A program made the position numbers and the translations under genes. Below the pieces are notes generated by a model, which saw only the letters and a program-made list of their open reading frames with translations, was not told the DNA's origin and ran no database searches. Below, in pieces: positions 8,401 through 15,300 of a DNA stretch of 25,262 nucleotides. Position 1 is the first letter of the stretch, and each line of letters starts with the position of its first letter. This DNA comes from an uncultured archaeon (GTDB lineage Archaea; Iainarchaeota; Iainarchaeia; Iainarchaeales; CSSED10-239), in the NCBI GenBank assembly GCA_964496765.1, contig CAZCAP010000011.1, positions 1-25,262 of the forward strand, in the 5' to 3' direction.

Positions 8401-8689
8401 CCTCTTCTCCAGATAAAGTTACATTTTGAGCAGATGTGTGTGCCCCAGCAACAGGAGATGCTGTTGGGGTTGCAAGAGTGTGGGTGATTGTGTAAACTCC
8501 TGAATAAACAGAACTATCTCCATACCCACTCTTTACTAGGATTGCTTTTATTGTCATTACTGTATCTATTGGGATATTAATTGGATCAGAATAAATATTA
8601 TCAGCAGTTGTTGGATCTGAACCATTAGTAGTATAATAAATTGTTGAGCCTTCTTCTCCAGATAAAGTTATATTCTGTGTTGTTGTAAA
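5453..8689 (-). CDS. C-terminal 1078 codons of an interrupted giant pilin-adhesin: six more stalk repeats, a glycine-rich domain, a DUF1554-like domain and an unknown Cys/Trp-rich C-terminal domain
   Basis: The frame is open from 8689 and is the same frame as 8690..9766 (both codon starts are 1 mod 3). The track's ATG at 8557 falls in the middle of a repeat (DTVMTIKAIL) and has no signal peptide. Repeats carry the signature LSGE.GSTIYYTT(N/D)G. Numbering by the track's 1034-aa ORF, the Gly-rich block is aa ~475-700 (VVAGGGGGGSG...GGSGIVIIKYP). KYVFVTASKWTGATLGGLAGADAKC...YCVQQ resembles DUF1554. The last ~165 aa are unassigned. Confidence 0.75.
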   Translation of the reverse strand, partial: FTTTQNITLSGEEGSTIYYTTNGSDPTTADNIYSDPINIPIDTVMTIKAILVKSGYGDSSVYSGVYTITHTLATPTASPVAGAHTSAQNVTLSGEEGSTIYYTTNGIDPTITDDVYSDPISIPIDSSMTIKALSVKSGYGDSAIYSGDFTTTHILATPVASPVAGTFVYAAQDVTLSGEAGSTIYYTTDGSDPTTESSVYSSAINVPIDTIMNIKALAVKSGYGDSPIYSGTFTITHTLATPSASPAAGNFTSAQTITLSTEEGSTTYYTTDGSDPTTGSSVYSTGISVPGDTTITLKAFSVKEGYGDSAVYSGGVYTTTHQLSTPVASPSAGSFTSAQSVTLSGEVGSTIYYTTNGSTPTTGSTLYSGAISVPLDTTTTIKAYSVKNGYADSEVYSGTFTVTHTLSTPTTSPVAGDYSTPQNITLSGEAGSTIYYTTNGDTPTTGSTLYSGAITLNATTTLKAIAVKSGYANSGVYSGTYKVCPATGGTITVSGNYCISTFTSNGTFTPTFSGAVEALVVAGGGGGGSGHRGGGGGAGGLLYDYVAVSAQAYPVTVGAGGIGSTPYYTAGPGTNGGNSIFGTLTAIGGGAGGGGSYMPGSAGGSGGGGGAADGSSAQSSGGSGVSGQGYAGSYGSGVYGGGGGGASEAGMTDGPFTGGDGLQYSQFSSVGGSPAGWFAGGGAGSYYYGSAVYPGGTGGGGNHDSVTLTAYAGVANTGGGGAGGSRYGGTGGANGGSGIVIIKYPLFTDTASSKYVFVTASKWTGATLGGLAGADAKCQAAATAAGLPGAYKAWLSSESTSVTSRFSHSSVPYKRLDGVTIADNWADFWTGHTYGNLKANFSITETGTTQTGYVCTGDNLTGGSYSGFNCNSWTSSTSGILGSLDCLDHKEGGWLWNMAGGVCGFSCALYCVQQDWGTPVVQEMRGTNPYWPSVNGGALGVQECGDTFTTSSETLKITQIKIASNQWGTSPTHGFLRAGSCTGPNLASAPITNTTEVNINYVLSPNTTYCVGVDNGGASFHCLADGYGSRPPFPYASGNVTWVNQWAGSYGGVSPYFYGSGSGVLELQSITVVPPSTG

Positions 8690-9217
8690 TTAACCTGGTT
8701 CTGGTGATGCAGTAATTGTTGATAATTGGTGAGTAATTGTATATGTTCCACTAAACACTTCACTATCTGCATATCCATCTTTAACGGAGAACGCATTTAT
8801 GGTTGTAGTTGTATCTGTAGAAAGAGTAATAGGATCTAAATAAACAGAGCTTGCGATTGTAGGAGTTGAACCATTAGTAGTATAATAAATTGTTGAACCA
8901 CTCTCTGATGATAAACTAATACTTTGAGAGGAACTATAGGATCCAGGAGCAGGAATTGATTCTGGAGTAGTTAACTGATGAGTGACCACATAGGTTTCAC
9001 TAACCACTGGACTTGGTGCAAATCCTGGTTTAACTGCAATTGTTTTTACAACAGTTGTTGAATCTTCTGGAAGAATAAATGATCCTGAATAAACCAGACT
9101 ATCAATGGTTGGATCTGTTCCATCAATTGTATAATAAATCACTGCATCTGGATCAGCAGAAATAACAACATCCTGAGAAGCAGAATAGGTATCTCCAGGA
9201 AGTGAGAAAAGAGGTTC
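7244..9217 (-). repeat. Eight tandem ~80-82-aa (~240-bp) domain repeats forming the adhesin stalk; they span the in-frame stop
   Basis: The recurring signature (F/Y)(T/S)(S/T)xQx(V/I)TLS(G/S)ExGSTIYYTT(N/D)GxxPT...(V/L)YS...K(A/T)(L/F/I/Y)(A/S)VK.GY.(D/N)S.(V/I)YSG.(F/Y)T(I/V)TH.L(A/S)TP was counted eight times across the two ORFs. The same repeat type occurs twice in 3724..5232. Confidence 0.8.
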
Positions 9218-9766
9218 TGGAGTGTAATCAACAGTAAATGTACAAAAAGATAAATCAACAACAGAATTTGGACAGGTTGCACTTACTAGGTTTAGAGAAT
9301 AGGATTCATCTAAATCTAAAACACCTAACTCTGCATCCTGTCTAACAATACTAAAAAAATCAGAATCCATTGACAATAATTTAGAACTACCGCTATTAAC
9401 ATTTGTTTTAAATAAACCAATTACAGACATGTTCTGTCCATAAATATCTTTACCAAGTACAGATAATGTAAAATTAGCAAAATCTTCTGTTGAATTATTT
9501 GTAATTAAAAAATTCACTTTTTTTGTGATTGTATTAATTGTACAAAATTCAATTTTATATTTTGCATTCTTACATTCTAATTCAGATAATACTTTTAGAT
9601 TTTCAGTAGTATCATCTAATTGTGTTCTCATTGAATTTTTTGACCAAGCAAGAATAGCACTTACTAAAATTGTTGCAATTAATATAACTAAGACTATTAC
9701 TATGATTGAAGAAACTGCTTTCTTCTTATTCGCTGCCCTAATTGTCTTATTGTGCTTATGCTTCAT
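8690..9766 (-). CDS. N-terminal 358 codons of the giant pilin-adhesin: class III signal peptide, N-domain and two repeats, ending at an in-frame TAA
   Basis: The N-terminus is MKHKHNKTIRAANKKKA|VSSIIVIVLVILIATILVSAILAW. The N-domain (ELECKNAKYKIEFCTIN...TCPN) is paralogous to that of 3724..5232 (ELDCANSNLKVESCSIN...TCPN). The ORF terminates at TAA 8690..8692, in the middle of a repeat unit. Confidence 0.8.
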   Translation of the reverse strand: MKHKHNKTIRAANKKKAVSSIIVIVLVILIATILVSAILAWSKNSMRTQLDDTTENLKVLSELECKNAKYKIEFCTINTITKKVNFLITNNSTEDFANFTLSVLGKDIYGQNMSVIGLFKTNVNSGSSKLLSMDSDFFSIVRQDAELGVLDLDESYSLNLVSATCPNSVVDLSFCTFTVDYTPEPLFSLPGDTYSASQDVVISADPDAVIYYTIDGTDPTIDSLVYSGSFILPEDSTTVVKTIAVKPGFAPSPVVSETYVVTHQLTTPESIPAPGSYSSSQSISLSSESGSTIYYTTNGSTPTIASSVYLDPITLSTDTTTTINAFSVKDGYADSEVFSGTYTITHQLSTITASPEPG

Positions 9767-9893
9767 TATTAATAATCTCTTTGTAACTTAACCCATAATT
9801 GAATATACATTTCAATTACAAATATTAATATCTATTACTTCAAATGATAACAATTTTGTTTAATTCCCCTAAAATTATATATTATTAATTATA

Positions 9894-10247
9894 CTATACC
9901 CATTTAAACCTATCGTTAATTTTAACAAAATTAGACTTTACCTTGATAGGCATCTCAAGTATGTATTTCGCTGGTCTTTTTGAGAGATAAAACCAAAAAG
10001 GAATTGCTTTTTTTTTGATATCAACAACTTTTTTGTTCTTGTCAAGAAAAATAACTTTAATTGGATAGAACACAAACATCATGTGTATTGATGAACCAAT
10101 TATTGATTCTGTTGGTCTTTCAAAAATCAAACAATAATCAAAATATTTTCTTCTTGAGAACATGAGTCCAAGGGCTTGTTTAAATTCAGTATCTGCAATC
10201 TTAACTTTCTTAATAATCATTTTTTTCTTAGTTACATTGTACAGCAA
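9894..10247 (-). CDS. DUF192 family protein
   Basis: 117 aa. IADTEFKQALGLMFSR, IHMMFVFYPIKVIFLDKNKKVVDI and AKYILEMP match the DUF192 pattern (A.t...r..GLM; M.n..ipLDiiFld..g.Vv.i; yvLE). Confidence 0.7.
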   Translation of the reverse strand: MLYNVTKKKMIIKKVKIADTEFKQALGLMFSRRKYFDYCLIFERPTESIIGSSIHMMFVFYPIKVIFLDKNKKVVDIKKKAIPFWFYLSKRPAKYILEMPIKVKSNFVKINDRFKWV

Positions 10248-10348
10248 ATCAGATCACCTAATCTTTTAATTAAAAACAAACTTAATTTTTAATTTAAAAG
10301 TATATTTATTCAATATATTATATATAGAAAGATCATGAAAATAATTAA

Positions 10349-11494
10349 TCACAATTCAACAACCACATAATAATAAATTATATATCTTGCTCCATCTTTA
10401 ACAATATTAAAATTATAAAAGGTTGCATCATTTACAAGAATAGTGTATTTTGCACAATTAAGTTTACACTCCCTATCATCTCCCGCAATAAAGTAAACCT
10501 CTTCAATTCCAACCCCATCACTTATGTACTTAGAACTAATTGACTCAAGAGATATTATCCTATCAAGAGTTATGTTTTCTGCACCAGTTAATTCCATGTG
10601 ATTAATACTTTCAACTAGAACATCAGCAGCCGTTGGTTTTGGAATGAACACCTGAAATAAAATAATAACAATAATAAAAAAGATACCAATGTATTTCAAG
10701 AATTCAATACTCTTTCCACCTTTTATGGAATGCATAACAAAGGCAGTAAAGAAAGATAATAGCAAACCAATATACAATAGAAAGTTATCAATAAACAACC
10801 TAGTTACTAAATCAGTATTTGAATACCATAAAAAGTTTCTACCAATCAATACATCAAAGTAAACCAAAACAAACAAAAAGATAATAAAAAAAACAATTGC
10901 TAAATAGTAGAGATTCTTAAAATATTTTTTTTTAAGATTCTCTTCCTTATAAATAGAAATGTCCTTGGAAATGTTTAATAGAACCCTGTTTAGAGGAACA
11001 TCACTTGTTTTAAATGTGTCCAGCAAAACAAGAGTGTGATTAATTATTGGGCTCTTAATTTCTTGATTAATGGATAATAGAGCATTATAAAGATCATCAC
11101 CCCAGGATAGCCTGGTTGCCATTCTTCTTACTTCAGAATCTATTGAACCATAGATATTATTGTTAGAGAGGTTCGTTAATGCAATTGCAAGGTTCTTTGT
11201 TGCCTTTTGCTCTCTTGAAAGATCCTGAAGAAAATACCCAAATTCTGCTTCAATTGATTTTCGTTTAGTGTATTTAATAACATATTCCAAAAGAAACCCA
11301 AGTGAACAAACAACAACACCAAATATTAATAATAGATAATAGATTGAACTAAGAAAGAAAAATCTATTTGTTATAAAAATAATTAATAATCCAGAAAGAA
11401 TACCAGCAATTTCAAGTATATCATATTCATGACTATAAAAGAATAGCATGAACTTATCTTCTAGCTTGTTTGCTTTTAATTTGTTTTCAACCAT
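10349..11494 (-). CDS. T2SS-F/FlaJ/TadC-like pilus platform membrane protein with a ~95-aa extracytoplasmic C-terminal domain
   Basis: 381 aa. After N-terminal TM helices comes a cytoplasmic helical block, EAEFGYFLQDLSREQKATKNLAIALTNLS...EVRRMATRLSWGDDLYNALLSINQEIKSP...LL. This is the T2SS-F pattern (fp.fl..la....G.sl..Al...l..G.....Al). More TM helices and a soluble tail follow. It lies next to the ATPase homolog and the peptidase. Confidence 0.65.
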   Translation of the reverse strand: MVENKLKANKLEDKFMLFFYSHEYDILEIAGILSGLLIIFITNRFFFLSSIYYLLLIFGVVVCSLGFLLEYVIKYTKRKSIEAEFGYFLQDLSREQKATKNLAIALTNLSNNNIYGSIDSEVRRMATRLSWGDDLYNALLSINQEIKSPIINHTLVLLDTFKTSDVPLNRVLLNISKDISIYKEENLKKKYFKNLYYLAIVFFIIFLFVLVYFDVLIGRNFLWYSNTDLVTRLFIDNFLLYIGLLLSFFTAFVMHSIKGGKSIEFLKYIGIFFIIVIILFQVFIPKPTAADVLVESINHMELTGAENITLDRIISLESISSKYISDGVGIEEVYFIAGDDRECKLNCAKYTILVNDATFYNFNIVKDGARYIIYYYVVVEL

Positions 11495-11522
11495 AAATTA
11501 TCTTCACTTAACTTAAATTTCA

Positions 11523-12365
11523 TTACTTGAATAATATTACCACTAGAACAAACTCCACAATAGGGAATATTATTGCAATAAACATTAATAAACTTCTTAT
11601 TGTTTCCATATCTAGAGGAATTAAAAATATACTTGATAAAAGAATAATCACGAAAAAGAATAAAAATATGTTAACTTCAAACAAAAGATTTATGCTTGAT
11701 TTCTTTTGCTCGCTAGCTTCTTTTCTTAATTGCTCAAGACTTGTTAAAAACTCACTAACCACCTTTCCTATCTGGTCCCTATTATCAATAACATCAATTA
11801 ATCTTCTAAAAAAATTCTTTTCAAGCTCAGAATAGGTTTCCCTAATAACCTGACGAAGAGTATCCTTAAGATTCAAATTAAGATTTGAAACTGTTATTAT
11901 TTTTTTTGCTTCTTCACTTAGTAACTTATTGTTCTCTAATTTTTGTAATATGTTTAATATGTCCTTTATGGTAAGTGCCTTATCCTCTAGAACAGATAGG
12001 TGCCTTATTGTGTTTTCAAGTTCGAAATCTATTTCTTTCTTCTTGGACTCAAGTATATAGTAGGGAAATTTACAGAGTAATATGAAAACTAGGCTTGCAA
12101 AGGTAAAGGATAATAAAAGAGTTATAAAAAAGGAAAACATATTAAATAAAATATTTAGTTTGACCATAACTAGAATAATTCCAAATTCAATTAATAAAAA
12201 GAGCAAGAAAGAAGTTAATAAAACATTTGAAAGGTATGTAATTGCATCTTCATTTATGTTTGCATAGGTAAGCACTTTTGTGAAATTCTTGAATCTATTT
12301 TCAAATGTTGAAACTAATTCCCCAAAAAGGTATGTGGATAGTTTCGTAAATATTTTTCCAAACAT
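11523..12365 (-). CDS. T2SS-F/FlaJ/TadB-like pilus platform membrane protein (first half of a split FlaJ)
   Basis: 280 aa. The order is TM helices, a helical cytoplasmic block (IDFELENTIRHLSVLEDKALTIKDILNILQ...LKDTLRQVIRETYS...FFRRLIDVID) and C-terminal TM helices. Together with the 381-aa neighbour it approximates the length and two-domain layout of archaeal FlaJ/TadC proteins. Confidence 0.6.
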   Translation of the reverse strand: MFGKIFTKLSTYLFGELVSTFENRFKNFTKVLTYANINEDAITYLSNVLLTSFLLFLLIEFGIILVMVKLNILFNMFSFFITLLLSFTFASLVFILLCKFPYYILESKKKEIDFELENTIRHLSVLEDKALTIKDILNILQKLENNKLLSEEAKKIITVSNLNLNLKDTLRQVIRETYSELEKNFFRRLIDVIDNRDQIGKVVSEFLTSLEQLRKEASEQKKSSINLLFEVNIFLFFFVIILLSSIFLIPLDMETIRSLLMFIAIIFPIVEFVLVVILFK

Positions 12366-12396
12366 ATTTGTTTACACTTCTTTATTATTTTTTGGT

Positions 12397-15300
12397 TTAT
12401 GCAAGTAAATCTATTCCTAGTCTTTTTACAACCTTATCTTCATCTATTAAAAACTCTGTAATTATACTATTAAAATCACGATAGTCTGCTATATTTGTAT
12501 CACTCAACCATCTCATGTATTTCTTTCTTTTATTGAAATTAACAATATCAATTGTGGATGATAATAGGTTTAAATGATAGGCCCTATCCTTAGTTGAAAG
12601 CTCAACAGTAATAAAATCATTCCTATCTACAATTTCTTCAATTTTAACTATTTGAGTGGTTTCATTAAACCCAAGTTTTAATTTTTTGAGTTCAATTATA
12701 ATTGCTTTTTGACCCATATTTTTCATATTTTCTCTTAGCTGTGGAATCTGACTATAGTTCACATAGCAGAGATTAATTGAATACCAAGGAATATCAAATA
12801 TATCACTTCCAAACTCATCCACAAATATATAATCTGGTCTCTCTGATATTGTGTGTTGGATAATTGTTTTTTTATCAATATCCTCTGATCCAGTAACCAC
12901 TCTTTTTATCCATTGTTTTTGTGGAAGTTTAATTCTATCATAGGACTGAATAGATATTATTTTTTTATCAGGATATAATAAGCCCACTGAATTCAAGAAA
13001 ATAAAAGAAGTATCATCTCCTGTTAATATTACTTTATAATCTTCACTTATTGCACTCCAAATGTATGCAAAAACATCAATAGTTCCAACTCCTGATTTAA
13101 TTAATGTAACTGGGGTTAATGGTGCTTCAAGATATTTCTTAATAACAAATGAAGAGCCCTTGCTACTTAGATCTCCTGCTGAGAATAATCCTTCAACCTT
13201 GTAGCCGTTTGGAAGATAACCTTCAATTATTGGGTGTGCAGAATTAACATACATGCCCATGTTCTTTGTTAGAAGAAGAACAAATTGGTTTAGTTTATTT
13301 ATGTTATCAAAATTTATATTTGTTTCTAGAGTACCATAATCTAGATGATAAACAATCACACTTGTTTTCTCTCCTGCACAGGAAACCTCAAGCACTTTCT
13401 TATCTGACAATAGTGCAGTCAATATTCCTAGTCCTGAAAACTCTCTCTGTATGAACTTATAAAATAATTTCTTATCAAGTGAATTTACCTGGTAGGCTAG
13501 CTTTGATATTGCAATATCAAATATTTTTTTTGTGTATTGCTCAAGAGTATATTTATCTCCACTAAATGTATAATAATTTTGATCAATGGAATTAAAGAAT
13601 ATTTTCTTAATCTCATAGAAGACCTTATTCTGTTCAGGAGTTAGATCAAGTTGCACCATGTTATAGAATAATCCCTTATCTTTGACATAGGAGATTGTAA
13701 CATAGGTGAACTCATCAAGAGCATACTTTTCAAAAACCTTTGTAACATCCAAATCAATTACATTCATTGGTATTGAATAAACCAGAGATTGAATTTTGTC
13801 TTTTTCAAAATTAAAGGCACGAGGGGTTGAGTATACTCCTTCTTGTCCAACAAATCCTGCATTCTTAAAAGAATCAGCTCTTGCATCCTTTGGAAGAATA
13901 TAGGACATTCTTTTATCCTTTGGGCTAGGAGCAACATCTTTATTAAGATAAACCTCACTTTCTGCTTTTGGCTCAATCTTTGGGAGTTGGGTTTGTAAAT
14001 CAACTACCTTTACTTCAGTTGGCCTATTCCTCTCTTGATTCATAAATATATTTAATTTTGCTTTTTCTTCTTCCAACTCTTTTTCAAGAACAGATATTCT
14101 AGGATCTGGTTTTGAAGGCACCTGCTCAGGAGATGCTTCTTTTTTGCTTTCAACAAAAATATTTATATTTTGCTTTTTTGAAGGATCTTGTTTTTTATAA
14201 TCTTTTTCTTTTTTTAATTTATTTTCATTTAATCTTTGTAGATTATCTTCTACCTTTTTATTCAGTTCTGGTCCTGATTTGGTATCCACGAAGGTTGGTA
14301 TATGCATGTCCTCCTGGCGAAGTTCCATTGATTCACTAAACTTATTATTAACTAAGCTATCAATGTCTGCGATATTATCTTTAATGGGAATAATTTCTGG
14401 AATAGTTAATTCTTCAATAATTGCATCTGTGTTTAGTTCCTGTTCTAGTTTCTTTCTTGAGCTTAATATTTGTTTTTTATCTAAGCTTTTTTCTTTTTCT
14501 TCCTGAGTTGCAATTAATTTTGCTTTTGCAAGTTTTGAAAGATCATCAATCTTTGAATAAAGATTTTGAACATTATAGGTTTTATAGGATATCTTACTTA
14601 CCTTAGGGAGTTCACCAGTGAAGCTATACAACTCAAGCATAGCATCATCAGAAATTAATGTTTTGGTTCTTCTATCAAGTTCAGATAATAATTCATTTAT
14701 ATCTTCAACAACAATTATTTTCATTTTTGGTTTTTTATGAATTTGTTTATTAATTTTATCAATATTTTTTTTATCCTCAACAACAACAGTAACATCTTCT
14801 AAATCTGCCTTGGTATATCTTTTATTTAGAGTTTCTTCTATTTCTTTTTGTATGCTTTCCTGGAGATTCCTTTGCTGTCTTTCATGGAATTGTTTTTCTA
14901 ATGTTTCTGGGAGTTTATCCAGAGGAATAGACATTGGAAGTTCATGCAATTCATCAGGTTTGAAATCATAAATTTCTGATGGTAACTCCTGAGGAATAAC
15001 AATTGGAAGCTCCTGGGGAATAACAATTGGAAGTTCCTGAGGGATAACAATTGGTAACTCCTGAGGAATAACTTCTGGAAGTTCCTGAGGGATAACAACT
15101 GGTAGTTCCTGAGGAACAATTACTGGTAGCTCCTGGGGAACAATCATTGGTTCCTCTACACTAGTCAAATCTGGTTCTTCTCTCAATAGTTTAGGTTCTG
15201 GTTTATCTAAAGAAGGAGAAATAATTGGTTTATCTAGTTCATCAAATATATCTTTGGGAACTGCAGTTACTGGAATTATTGGTTTTTCTTCTGGATAATT

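Noticed and set aside
8555-8557. ATG at 8557 as the true start of an independent 1034-aa protein
   Set aside because: This Met is an internal residue of a repeat (DTVMTIKAIL; sister repeats have M, I or T here). There is no signal peptide or SD-like site, the frame is open for a further 44 codons upstream, and it is continuous with 8690..9766.
8690-8692. Genome-wide TAA reassignment as the explanation for the in-frame stop
   Set aside because: TAA terminates several well-delimited genes in this same window (1944..1946, 3331..3333, 3724..3726, 5453..5455), and protein ends match family expectations.
10349-12365. The split FlaJ as a frameshift pseudogene
   Set aside because: The second ORF has its own ATG, a plausible hydrophilic N-terminus and TM helices. 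The 28-bp gap plus the frame change would need more than one lesion to arise from a fused gene. Separate TadB/TadC-like genes are a known arrangement. I kept this as a low-interest finding rather than calling it a pseudogene.
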